Position numbers and translations under genes: made by a program | The notes under the pieces: generated by a model | Told to the model about the DNA's origin: nothing | The model's input: the letters and a program-made list of their open reading frames with translations, nothing else | Databases searched by the model: none | Source of the DNA: Desulfatiglandales bacterium | GTDB taxonomy: Bacteria; Desulfobacterota; DSM-4660; Desulfatiglandales; Desulfatiglandaceae | NCBI GenBank assembly: GCA_963662465.1 | Contig: OY759599.1 | Location: 864,001-928,000, forward strand | Direction of reading: 5' to 3' | Length of the DNA stretch: 64,000 nt | In this document: piece by piece, positions 29,985-39,840 of the stretch | How positions within the stretch are numbered: position 1 is the stretch's first letter | Layout: the number at the start of each line of letters is the position of its first letter

Positions 29985-32273
29985 ATGGAAGATTATTCTG
30001 TCATTGGGAAAAGAATCCCTCGTGTTGACGGCTTGGCCAAGGTCACGGGGGAAGCAAAATATGCGGCGGATTACGAAATGCCCGGCATGCTTTGGTGTAA
30101 GATTGCCAGAAGTCCATATGCCCACGCGAAAATCCTCAATATTGATACCTCCATGGCCAAACGGCTTCCCGGCGTGAAAGCGGTCATTACGGGAGAGGAT
30201 TTCAAGGGATGGAAATGGGGATGGATGCCCAAAACCCGTGAAGAAGAACCTTTGGCGGCCGAACGGGTTCGCTATCTGGGAGAGGCGGTAGCGGCGGTGG
30301 CGGCCATCGACGAGGATACGGCGGAAGAGGCGGCTCAGCTCATTAAGGTGGAATACGAAGAATTGCCGGGGGTGTTTGACCCGGAAGAAGCCATGAAGGA
30401 TGGCGCTTTTCAGATCTATGACCATGCCAAAAACAACATCAGCTGGGATTTTCACATGGACTTCGGCGATGTGGAAAAGGGTTTCCGGGAGGCGGACCTG
30501 GTCCGCGAAGACCGCTTCGAAACGGGCCGGGTGATCACGGGGTATCTGGAACCCCCGGCGGCGGTGGCCATGTACGATTCATCGGGCATCACCATCTGGG
30601 CCGCCAAACAGAGTCCTTATTTCGTTTACCGGCATCTGGCGGCGTGCTTTGGATTGCCGCTCTCCAAAGTCAGGGTGATTCAGCCCTTTATCGGCGGGGG
30701 GTTCGGCGGCACCAAGAACGATTCTCTGGCGGGAGATTTTTGTTCGGTGCTTTTTTCCAAAATGACCGGGAAGCCGGTAAAATTCGTTTACACCATGGAA
30801 GAAGTGCTTATGACCTGCCGACGTCGCCACAACATGATCGTCTTCAACAAGATGGGCATGAAAAAGGACGGCGCCATCACGGCCATGGAAAGCCGGGTGA
30901 TCGCCGACGGCGGGGCCCATACGGCTATCGGCCCATTGACCATGTATCTGACCGGCTGCATGAGTACGCTCCCCTATAAACTGCCCAATTTCAAGCATGA
31001 CGCCTATCGCATGTACACCAACAACCCCATCGGCGCGGCCATGCGGGGGCACGGGGTCACCCATACCCGGTTTGCCGCCGAGCTTCAGATGGAGATGATG
31101 GCGGAGGAACTGGGAATCGATCCGGTGGCGGTGCGGCTCAAAAATGCCATTACCGCACCCCACGAAACCATCAATAAGGTCACGGTGAAGTCCTGCGGTC
31201 TGGTGGAAGGGATAGAGACCATCGCCGACAGCCCAGTGTGGAAGGACCGTGGAAATAAAAAGCAAAAGGGTCCCATCGCCCATGGCGTGGGCATGTCGGC
31301 CACCTCATACCTGGGAGGCGCCCGTCAGCGGGGGCATCAGTCCTGCGCGGCAGTTATACGGTTGTGTGAAGACGGCAGCGTGGATTACCTGACCGGTGCA
31401 ACGGATTGCGGCCAGGGATCGGATACGGTTCTGGTGCAGATGGTGGCGGAGGAACTGGGCCTTGGCATGGCGGATGTGGACATCAAACGGGTGGACACGG
31501 CCGTGACCCCCTGCGACGCGGGAAGTTACGGCAGCCGGGTCACCGTTTTGGCTGGCAAAGCAGCCCGAAAAGCGGCCCAGGATGTAAAGCAACAGCTGGC
31601 TGTGTTTGCGGCGGAGAAATGGGAAGCGGCGCCCGAGGACATTCTTTTTAAGGACCGGCGGGTGAGCGTCAAGGGACAACCCGAGAAAACCATGCCATTT
31701 GACCAACTGGCCAAGATCGCCTGCTACTCCGGATCGGGCGCCGTGATTCTGGGTCGGGGATATTCCGACTACGGCATCGATATCCTCGATTTTGAAAAGG
31801 GGATCGGCAACTGCGGCACATCCTATAGCTTTACCAGCCAACTGACGGAGGTGGATGTGGATCTGGAGACGGGGTTTTTAAAGTGTACCGATATGTTGAT
31901 CGCTCACGACTGCGGCGTTCCCTTGAATCCCATCAATGTAGAGGCCCAGAACCAGGGCGCCGCCATGCAGGGGATGGGGCAGGCCATGTATGAGGTGTTC
32001 AAGATGGATCATGGGAAAACCCTCAACGCGAGTCTGGTGGATTACAAGATGCCTCTGGCATCGGATATCCCCAATATAGAGGTTGTTGATATTATTGCGG
32101 AAGATCCGGACGGCCCTTTCGGCGCCAAGGAAGCCTCGGAAGGGGCCATCGTCAGCGTGCCTCCCTCCATTTTTACGGCGGTTCACGATGCCACCGGCAT
32201 ATGGTTTAAGGAGCAGCCTCTGACGCCCGAGAAGATTGCCATGGCCTTGCGGGAAAAGAAAAAAAACGGATGA
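29985..32273 (+). CDS. Molybdopterin-binding subunit, 4-hydroxybenzoyl-CoA reductase alpha-like
   Basis: AMRGHG, GSYGSRVT and GPFGAKEASEG, as recalled for HcrA. Confidence 0.8.
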   Translation: MEDYSVIGKRIPRVDGLAKVTGEAKYAADYEMPGMLWCKIARSPYAHAKILNIDTSMAKRLPGVKAVITGEDFKGWKWGWMPKTREEEPLAAERVRYLGEAVAAVAAIDEDTAEEAAQLIKVEYEELPGVFDPEEAMKDGAFQIYDHAKNNISWDFHMDFGDVEKGFREADLVREDRFETGRVITGYLEPPAAVAMYDSSGITIWAAKQSPYFVYRHLAACFGLPLSKVRVIQPFIGGGFGGTKNDSLAGDFCSVLFSKMTGKPVKFVYTMEEVLMTCRRRHNMIVFNKMGMKKDGAITAMESRVIADGGAHTAIGPLTMYLTGCMSTLPYKLPNFKHDAYRMYTNNPIGAAMRGHGVTHTRFAAELQMEMMAEELGIDPVAVRLKNAITAPHETINKVTVKSCGLVEGIETIADSPVWKDRGNKKQKGPIAHGVGMSATSYLGGARQRGHQSCAAVIRLCEDGSVDYLTGATDCGQGSDTVLVQMVAEELGLGMADVDIKRVDTAVTPCDAGSYGSRVTVLAGKAARKAAQDVKQQLAVFAAEKWEAAPEDILFKDRRVSVKGQPEKTMPFDQLAKIACYSGSGAVILGRGYSDYGIDILDFEKGIGNCGTSYSFTSQLTEVDVDLETGFLKCTDMLIAHDCGVPLNPINVEAQNQGAAMQGMGQAMYEVFKMDHGKTLNASLVDYKMPLASDIPNIEVVDIIAEDPDGPFGAKEASEGAIVSVPPSIFTAVHDATGIWFKEQPLTPEKIAMALREKKKNG

Positions 32274-32309
32274 ATCCGGAAGGAACCTGAAAATAAAGGA
32301 GAAGCCTCA

Positions 32310-33830
32310 ATGGAAGTGTATCCCTGGTGGACGGATGAACAGAAGGCCTTTCAGGAAGAGATGACGGCCTTTGTGGAAGAGATGATGCCGCGTGATGCGG
32401 AAACCCGGTGGAAACGGGAGTTTCCCTGGGATATTTTTAAAACCATTGGTGAAAAGGGGTATACGGGCGCCGGCGTGCCAAAGGAATATGGCGGCATGGG
32501 CATGGGCGCTACCGGGGCCTGCATTGCGGCGGCGGCCATGAATCGCATTCCGGGTCCGGGCCGGATTTATGTGGGCAATATGCTGGGCGGTTTGCGGCAG
32601 ATCATTGAATTCGGCAATGAAGAACAGAAGAAACGCTTTCTTCCCAGGATTGCAAAAGGAGAGATCGGCGCCATCGTTATCACCGAACCGGTTGCGGGCA
32701 CCGATGCCGCGGCCCAGGCCACCATGGCCCGACGGGATGGCGACGAATATGTGTTGAATGGCAAGAAACGCTACATTGTCTCGGCGGGCGTTGCGGACCG
32801 ATACATGGTCTATGCCAGGACCAGTAATGACCCGGAAGACCGGCGCAAATACCGTCACCTCACGGCCTTCATTGTTGAAAAAGGGAGTCCTGGATTCAGC
32901 GTGGAGAAACTCAATGAAGTCATTGGCTTTGAGAATATTCAAAATGGGGCTCTGGATTTCAAAGATGTTCGGGTTCCCGCATCCAATATGCTGGGCGAGG
33001 AAGGGCAGGGCTGGTCCGTGATGACGGCGGGTCTCAATTTTGAACGGACCCTCATTTGCGCCCAGACCGCCGGATGGATGGAAGAACTGCTTCGAAACAC
33101 GGTTCCCTATTGTCAGCGCCGGGTGCAGTTCGGAAAACCCACCATCAGTTTTGTGAACAACCGGTTCAAAGTAGCCGATCTGGTGAGCCGGTTAAAAATC
33201 GCCAGGCTCCTGACCTTTTATACGGCTTATTTATGGGATCTGGGCTGGGATATTACGTTGGAATCCAATATGGCCAAGGTCTATAACGCTGAGGGAGTCA
33301 TGGCATCGAGCCTCGATGCCATACAGGTCATGGGCGGGGACGGGCTTACGCCCTTTTACCCCCTTTCGGCCATCATGCATGTGGCTAAGGTGGAAAACAT
33401 CGCGGGCGGCACCATGGAGGCCTGCAGAATGGTGATTCACCGGACCGCCATGAGACAGATGGCCTCTGAGCTTAAGCAGCCCCGGCGCGTGATTCATGAG
33501 GAACTGGGCGTTCCCGTGCCGGTCGCGGGGGATCCCGAAAAAGCGCGTCAGGTGGACGAGATGAGCCTCCTGAAGGTATTGGCCGAGGACTATCGGGTCA
33601 ATCCCGGTCTCCACATGAACCGGGAAGATTTGTTGCTTTATTTTGATGTGGACGATCAAAGCCTGGATGACGTGCTGCTGGCCCTGGAGGAGAAAGGGTG
33701 GGTTCAGTTGAATCGGGATAAAAAGGGGATTGCCCTGGTCAAGGCTACCTATGACGGACTGGGTCAGGCTTTCCCCCTGGATCACTACAAGTGGTTTCCC
33801 GCCTGGGCCACCGAGGACAGAATCTTCTAA
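32310..33830 (+). CDS. Acyl-CoA dehydrogenase with C-terminal extension
   Basis: ITEPVAGTD, LNGKKRYI, RVQFGKP, QVMGGDG; about 120 extra C-terminal residues. Confidence 0.88.
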   Translation: MEVYPWWTDEQKAFQEEMTAFVEEMMPRDAETRWKREFPWDIFKTIGEKGYTGAGVPKEYGGMGMGATGACIAAAAMNRIPGPGRIYVGNMLGGLRQIIEFGNEEQKKRFLPRIAKGEIGAIVITEPVAGTDAAAQATMARRDGDEYVLNGKKRYIVSAGVADRYMVYARTSNDPEDRRKYRHLTAFIVEKGSPGFSVEKLNEVIGFENIQNGALDFKDVRVPASNMLGEEGQGWSVMTAGLNFERTLICAQTAGWMEELLRNTVPYCQRRVQFGKPTISFVNNRFKVADLVSRLKIARLLTFYTAYLWDLGWDITLESNMAKVYNAEGVMASSLDAIQVMGGDGLTPFYPLSAIMHVAKVENIAGGTMEACRMVIHRTAMRQMASELKQPRRVIHEELGVPVPVAGDPEKARQVDEMSLLKVLAEDYRVNPGLHMNREDLLLYFDVDDQSLDDVLLALEEKGWVQLNRDKKGIALVKATYDGLGQAFPLDHYKWFPAWATEDRIF

Positions 33831-34032
33831 AGATACTCGCTGAAATTGCAATGGATGCAGAGCAAAGTTCGATTAGGCCGCAGTTGCTGAAAGACCTGAA
33901 AGAGTACAATGTGAAGATCCGAACTGTAAGGGAGGTGATTCGGGAGATCAAGTCACATGATGAGATGAGGGGATAACGCGTTCAAAGAGAAAACTTGTGG
34001 TTCACAACCAGGTTCAAGGAAGGAGATTTGAA

Positions 34033-35046
34033 ATGAAAAAGGCATTATGGCTGGCAGTGGCTGTTTTCTTTGTGATGGGGTTTGCGGCGACCCATGCGCA
34101 GAGCGGTCCCATCGTTATCAAGGCGTTAACGGCGTTTCCGAAAAATCACTTGAACAATGATCCGGTTCCTATTTTTATTCAGAAGGTCAACGAGCGGGCC
34201 AAGGGACGGCTGAAGATTGACTGGATTGGGGGTCCCGAGGTCATCAAAACCTTCGACCAGATCCATGCCCTCAAGGCCGGCACCATCGATATGATTTTGT
34301 ATTACCCCTTCGGCTATATGAAGCCGGTGATGCCCGAAGCATGGGCCAAGGGATTGACGCTTTTGGCGGAATGGGAAGAGCGAAAAACCGGTCTTTATGA
34401 TCTGTGGTGCGAGATCTTTGCCAAAAGGGTGAATGCCAAGTATCTGGGAAGATTGCACAGCCTGGTTCCCTTCACGGTTTTTTCCAATAAAAAAATCACC
34501 AAGGTGGAAGATTTCAAGGGCTTGAAGATGCGCGTCATGCCGCTCTATATCCCCGCCCTGAAGGCATTGGGTGCGACGCCTGTCACCATTCCCCCCACGG
34601 AAATCTATACGGCCATGGAGCGCGGCGTAGTGGATGGCTTCATGTGGCCCAATGTGGGCATGATCAGCTGGGGGTTGCAGGAAGTCACCAAGTATCAAAT
34701 GAAACCCGGCGTTTTCGCTATGGAACCGGCTACCATGATCAATCTGGACAAGTGGAACAAAATCCCCAAGGACTTGCAGGAAATGATCATGGAGGTGATG
34801 AAGGACACGGAATATATCGCCACCATGCGCACCATCATGATTGAAAAGAAAGAAGAGGCCGTCAGAAAGGCCGCCGGCATGGAAATCATTACGCTATCGC
34901 CCGAAGAGGCCCAGAAATTTCTGACCATCTGTTATGACAAAACCTGGGAATATGTGACGGGAATGGCCCCTGAGTATGGTCCTAAATTGAAGGAATTGTC
35001 TTCCCCCAAGGCATTGCCTAAGGGAAGTTTCCCCTGGCAGCAGTAG
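34033..35046 (+). CDS. dctP: TRAP substrate-binding protein (copy 2)
   Basis: Protein appears identical to 6932-7945; differences seen are synonymous. Confidence 0.9.
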   Translation: MKKALWLAVAVFFVMGFAATHAQSGPIVIKALTAFPKNHLNNDPVPIFIQKVNERAKGRLKIDWIGGPEVIKTFDQIHALKAGTIDMILYYPFGYMKPVMPEAWAKGLTLLAEWEERKTGLYDLWCEIFAKRVNAKYLGRLHSLVPFTVFSNKKITKVEDFKGLKMRVMPLYIPALKALGATPVTIPPTEIYTAMERGVVDGFMWPNVGMISWGLQEVTKYQMKPGVFAMEPATMINLDKWNKIPKDLQEMIMEVMKDTEYIATMRTIMIEKKEEAVRKAAGMEIITLSPEEAQKFLTICYDKTWEYVTGMAPEYGPKLKELSSPKALPKGSFPWQQ

Positions 35047-35197
35047 GGACGTTGTCCAACGGACCTGAAAAGGTCCCGAAACAGGCGGAATACGGGACGT
35101 TCTTTCTTTTGGGCTGAATTACCGTTTCGGCCGGTAGGGGCGAAGAATTTTTCGCCCCTGCTTTTAATGAGGCATGATGGGTTGTTGAGGGATTGAG

Positions 35198-35689
35198 ATG
35201 AAGAGAAAAGGGCTTTTTGACCGGTTAATCGATTCCATGGCCTTCCTGGCCGGCATACTCCTTGTGGGGGCTGTGCTGATCGTATCACTTGAAATCTGCA
35301 TGCGCTACTTTTTTCAAAAGCCGCAGATATGGACGGTGGAGGTATGCGAATTTATCCTGTTTATTTTGACCTTCCTGGGAGCGCCGTGGCTTCTAAAAAA
35401 AGGAGGACACGCCAGCGTCGACATCCTGGTGGAAAGGATGAGTCCCGTGCCGAAGCGGTATGCCGGCCTTTTCGCAAGCGCCGTAGGAATGCTGGTGTCC
35501 CTGGTGCTTGTCTGGTTCAGCCTGGCCACCAGCTGGCAATGCTACGCCGACGGCGTGGTGCTGACTAAAACCCTCACGGTTTCCAAATACTATTTTCTGC
35601 TGTTTATTGCCCTGGGCTATTTTTGTCTTCTGATTGAATTCGGCAGGCAATTCATTCGGCTTTTCAGGCATGGCAAGGAGGTCTCCTGA
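35198..35689 (+). CDS. dctQ: TRAP small permease (copy 2)
   Basis: Near-identical to 8097-8588. Confidence 0.9.
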   Translation: MKRKGLFDRLIDSMAFLAGILLVGAVLIVSLEICMRYFFQKPQIWTVEVCEFILFILTFLGAPWLLKKGGHASVDILVERMSPVPKRYAGLFASAVGMLVSLVLVWFSLATSWQCYADGVVLTKTLTVSKYYFLLFIALGYFCLLIEFGRQFIRLFRHGKEVS

Positions 35690-37002
35690 TGGAATGGTGG
35701 GTTCCGCTTCTTTTTATTGTCGGCATCTTTCTGGTGCTTCTGGCGGTTGGTCTTCCCGTATTTCTGGCGTTCACTGTGGTGGATGTTCTGGGGATTTATT
35801 TTCTATGGGGGGGCAGCGCCGGTTTAAGCCAGCTCATTCACTCCATTTTTTCCTCCATTAGCAGTTTTGTGCTATTGCCGGTGCCGCTTTTTGTACTTAT
35901 GGGGGAGTTGCTGTTTCAATCCGGCGTCTTTGTTCGGGCCCTCGACACCCTGGACAAATGGATGGGGCGTCTGCCGGGCCGGTTGTGCATCCTCAGCGTG
36001 GGCGGGGGAACGCTTTTTTCAACGTTGAGCGGCTCCAGCATGGGCACCTCCGCCATGCTGGGTTCCCTGCTGCTTCCCGAGATGGAAAAAAGGGGATATC
36101 ATAAGACCATCGCCATTGGGTCTTGCATGAGCGGGGCTCTTGCCATGATTATCCCCCCCAGCGCCCTGGCAGTGATCATGGGAAGTCTGATGGAGGTTTC
36201 CATCGGGAAACTGCTCATATCCGGCGTGGTCCCCGGCCTTCTTATGGCGGCGATGTATACCTCCTATATTGTGATTCGGTGTACGGTTCAGCCGAGTCTC
36301 GCGCCGGACTACTCTCCTGAACAAACACCCTGGTCTGAAAAAATAAGCGCTTTTGTGAAGCACGTACTGCCCTTCGGCACCATTATTTTTGTGGTGACGG
36401 GCCTTATCTTTGCCGGTCTGGCAACGCCCACGGAATCCGCGGGGATGGGGGTCGTGGCAACAGCCGCGGTGGTGGCGGCCTATAGACGGTTATCGATTGA
36501 CATTATTCGTAAATCCGTGGAATCCACCCTGCGCATTACAGTGATGATGTTCATGATTCTTACAGGCTCCACCGCTTTCAGTCAGATCCTGGCCTTTACG
36601 GGCGCCAGCCGCGGCCTGGTGGAACTGGTGGTGAGTTTTCCCTTTCCGGATATCATGATCGTCGGCGTCATGCAGCTTCTGATGATCATCCTGGGAACCT
36701 TCATGGAGCCTGTTTCCATTATGATGATCACCTTTCCCGTGTACATGCCCATCGTGAATGCCTTCGGCTTCGACCCCATATGGTTTGGCCTGCTCACCCT
36801 GATCAACATGGAAATCGGCATGAAAACGCCGCCTTTCGGGATGGTCCTCTTTGTGATGAAGGGGGTGGTGCCGCCCAAGACCACTATGATGGATATTTAT
36901 CGGTCGGTGACGCCTTTTGTGACCATTGATATGGCAGCCATGCTGTTGATCATGATTTTCCCCGCTATTGCCACTGTGTTGCCAAACTTGATGAAGTATT
37001 AG
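35689..37002 (+). CDS. dctM: TRAP large permease (copy 2)
   Basis: Near-identical to 8588-9901. Confidence 0.92.
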   Translation: MEWWVPLLFIVGIFLVLLAVGLPVFLAFTVVDVLGIYFLWGGSAGLSQLIHSIFSSISSFVLLPVPLFVLMGELLFQSGVFVRALDTLDKWMGRLPGRLCILSVGGGTLFSTLSGSSMGTSAMLGSLLLPEMEKRGYHKTIAIGSCMSGALAMIIPPSALAVIMGSLMEVSIGKLLISGVVPGLLMAAMYTSYIVIRCTVQPSLAPDYSPEQTPWSEKISAFVKHVLPFGTIIFVVTGLIFAGLATPTESAGMGVVATAAVVAAYRRLSIDIIRKSVESTLRITVMMFMILTGSTAFSQILAFTGASRGLVELVVSFPFPDIMIVGVMQLLMIILGTFMEPVSIMMITFPVYMPIVNAFGFDPIWFGLLTLINMEIGMKTPPFGMVLFVMKGVVPPKTTMMDIYRSVTPFVTIDMAAMLLIMIFPAIATVLPNLMKY

Positions 37003-37129
37003 CGACATTCTTTACTGGTAAACGGACATTCGCCTGAACATTCATCGCAAAAACGCCTATAAAATTGAAATCGTCGGAACCCTGGTCAAAAGGGCGTTTT
37101 TTGGTGGCGATAAAAAAGGAGACATAAGA

Positions 37130-37615
37130 ATGATCGACAGATTGGGAGGAAAGAGAGTTCTCATCGTGGATGATGAGCCGGATGTGTTGGAAACGCTTTC
37201 AGAGCTTCTCTTTATGTGTCATGTGGTTGAAGCTGCCACTTTTGAGAAGGCAAAGGAAAAGTTGGAAAGCGAGCGTTTTGATATGACCATTTTAGACATT
37301 ATGGGCGTGGATGGATATACATTGCTTGAGATTGCCAACCAGAAAAAGGTGATTGCCGTGATGCTGACCGCCCATGCCTTGAGTGTAAAGGACACGGTCA
37401 AATCCTTTAAGGGAGGCGCCGCCTCTTACGTCCCAAAAGAAGAGATGATGAATATCACAGTCTTTTTAAATGATATTCTGGAGGCTCATGAAAAGGGCAA
37501 GAGCGGCATGGGCCGATGGTTCGATCGGTTGGCGTCCTATTATGACAAAAGATTTGGCCCCGACTGGAAAAATGAAGACAAGGAATTCTGGGAAAAATTC
37601 AAATGTTGGATGTGA
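37130..37615 (+). CDS. Single-domain response regulator (copy 2)
   Basis: Paralog of 14480-14965. Confidence 0.85.
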   Translation: MIDRLGGKRVLIVDDEPDVLETLSELLFMCHVVEAATFEKAKEKLESERFDMTILDIMGVDGYTLLEIANQKKVIAVMLTAHALSVKDTVKSFKGGAASYVPKEEMMNITVFLNDILEAHEKGKSGMGRWFDRLASYYDKRFGPDWKNEDKEFWEKFKCWM

Positions 37616-37737
37616 GAGAATCTGAATTACAGGGTCATTACATCAAGGGGCGTTACGCGAAAAAGCGTAGCGCCATTTTTTTGTATTGACAGGCCGGAGA
37701 AGAAGTATTATTAGCCAACCGTTTGGCAGGTAAAGAT

Positions 37738-38316
37738 ATGGATAGAGAAGATCGATTAGAAAAAATATACGAGAAGGCGCTGGAATTGTTTGTGGCCAAT
37801 GGTTACGACCAGACCGCATTGTCCCACATCGCAAAAGCCCTGGGACTGACGAAAGCTGGCCTTTATCATTATTTCAACAGCAAGGAAGATCTCCTGTTTT
37901 TTATTCATGAACGACACATGAAGCGGGTTTTCATCCCCATCCTTGAAGCGGCTGAAAAAATTTCCGATCCCGAAGAACGGATTGTCTATTTTATTAAGAA
38001 TTACACCCTGAAAGCCATGACCCGAGATGCTTCAGCCCGTGTCCTTGTCCATGAGACCCACAATCTGAAAATGGAAAACCGGGAAAAGATAAACGCTGTG
38101 TGGCGAAAAGGATTAGATTTCATCCGGGATAGCCTTTCCGAGATGGAGAGCCAGGGAAAGGTGCTGAACATCAACAAAACTTTTGCCGCTTTTGCGTTGA
38201 TCGGGATGTGCAGTTGGACGTTTTACTGGTTTGATTATGAGCAGCAAGCGTCCGGTGAGGAACTTGCGGACACCTATGAAAGGATCTTTTTGAAAGGCGT
38301 ATTAAATACGCTTTAA
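37738..38316 (+). CDS. TetR-family regulator (copy 2)
   Basis: Paralog of 26460-27038; TTGACA at about 37687. Confidence 0.9.
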   Translation: MDREDRLEKIYEKALELFVANGYDQTALSHIAKALGLTKAGLYHYFNSKEDLLFFIHERHMKRVFIPILEAAEKISDPEERIVYFIKNYTLKAMTRDASARVLVHETHNLKMENREKINAVWRKGLDFIRDSLSEMESQGKVLNINKTFAAFALIGMCSWTFYWFDYEQQASGEELADTYERIFLKGVLNTL

Positions 38317-38389
38317 AAAAGGCACAGAAAGAAAAGGAAATTTTTTTGATCATAAAAACGACCGTGCGGCAGGTTAGGAGGAGAGATGC

Positions 38390-39046
38390 ATGACAAAATT
38401 CCAAGGAACTGTCCCGTTACGCCATCGGCACCTATGGCGACATCATTTATCGAAACGCACTGCTTTATCCGGAAAATACCGCCTTTAAATGCGGACCGGA
38501 AAGTCTCACCTTTTCTCAATTCAATGAGCGCGTCAACCGGCTGATTCACGCTTTAAAATCGCATGGGGGCAAAAAAGGGATGTGCTTGGGATCCTGGCCT
38601 GGAATTGTCTTGAGTTCACTGAGGTTTACGGGGCCGCCATGAAGGGTGGTTTTATTGCTTCGCCCCTGAACGCCCGGTTGCAGGCGGATGAACTGGACTA
38701 TCTGATCAACTATTCCGAGACCCATACCCTCTTTCTTTCGGCCATCATGCATGTGGCCAAGGTGGAAAACATCGCGGGCGGCACCATGGAGGCTTGCAGA
38801 ATGGTGATTCACCTGACCGCCATGAGACAGATGGCCTCTGCGCTTAAGCAGCCCCGGCGCGTGATTCATGACTTGGGCGTTTCCGTGCCGGCCACGGGAG
38901 ATCCCGAAAAAGCGAGTCAGGTGGACGAGATGAGCCTCCTGAAGATATTGGCCGAGGACTATCGGGTCAATCCCGGTCTCCACATGAACCGGGAAGATCT
39001 GTACAAATGGTTTCCCGCCTGGGCTACTGAAGACAGGATTTTCTAA
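38390..39046 (+). pseudogene. Fusion remnant of the acyl-CoA ligase 5' end and the ACAD 3' end
   Basis: ...YSETHTLF joined to LSAIMHVAKVENI...; a further deletion at about 39000. Confidence 0.85.
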
Positions 39047-39108
39047 TCCTTCATAATCGAATTTAACGTTCGTTCCTGCGGGTTGTTTGGGAACGAACGT
39101 CAATAGCC

Positions 39109-39732
39109 TTAGGGTTCCTCCCATAAATTCGTAGGGCTCAGGCCGTCAATGAGGTCGGGGGAATTGCCCTTTTTTTCAAGAAATTTGCCACCGAGGGTGA
39201 ACGGGCACATGGCCAGAAGATGAAAATCAAAGGTTTGAAGAAAGCGTTCCTGAAATTCGTCGCAGAGCTTGGTATTGGTACAGGCGAAAATAACGTCGCC
39301 GGTGCTGTAGTTCCAGATCATGTCGTAAGCCTTAGAACCGGGAATCGCTCTTTTAAGGAGGCGAAGTCTCACGCCTTCCTTGATGTCCGCACGTCGCCGT
39401 TTTGGCAGAAAATCCACATTTTCAGCGACCTTGATCTTTTCTTCGGCCTCCAGGCAGTACTCTTTGATGGCCGTTGCGGGAATTTTTCTTTCATCCACGC
39501 GAAGGGACATGGCGATGTAGGGCTCTTTGAGAAATTCAAGCTCCGAAAACCGGTTATCGAACATATTCATGATATTGACCCATCCCGCGGACCGTTCGTC
39601 CGTGGAAATATCCGTCAGACTTTTGAAGGCGTAACGGCCAACCCTGTCAGCCAGACCTTCCAGAAAATTTTCCGCGGGTTTGCCCTTTACCAGATACCTG
39701 GTAAAGCTTCCTGATCCGGTTATGAGACCCAT
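39109..39732 (-). CDS. rdgC: RdgC-like recombination-associated protein (short deltaproteobacterial form)
   Basis: MGLITGSGSFTRY...ERSAGWV...SLRVDERKIPA...LLKRAIP. Confidence 0.65.
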   Translation of the reverse strand: MGLITGSGSFTRYLVKGKPAENFLEGLADRVGRYAFKSLTDISTDERSAGWVNIMNMFDNRFSELEFLKEPYIAMSLRVDERKIPATAIKEYCLEAEEKIKVAENVDFLPKRRRADIKEGVRLRLLKRAIPGSKAYDMIWNYSTGDVIFACTNTKLCDEFQERFLQTFDFHLLAMCPFTLGGKFLEKKGNSPDLIDGLSPTNLWEEP

Positions 39733-39840
39733 TTGTTTCCTCTCTCTTTTCTTCAAAAAACGTACCCTAGCAGAATCAGAATGGTAGTGTCAATGTCTGA
39801 ACGGGGAGCATGAATATTATCCGTTAATCCGGGTGATGTC

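Larger units (their letters stand above)
33929..39046 (+). repeat. Deletion-collapsed duplicate of the 6832-33830 block
   Basis: Same order: dctPQM, DUF262 remnant, FAD-subunit tail, receiver, tetR, ligase/ACAD fusion. Confidence 0.9.

Noticed and set aside
33791..33976. 61-aa ORF between the ACAD and dctP copy 2
   Set aside because: It spans the duplication junction and appears to be a remnant fused to intergenic DNA.
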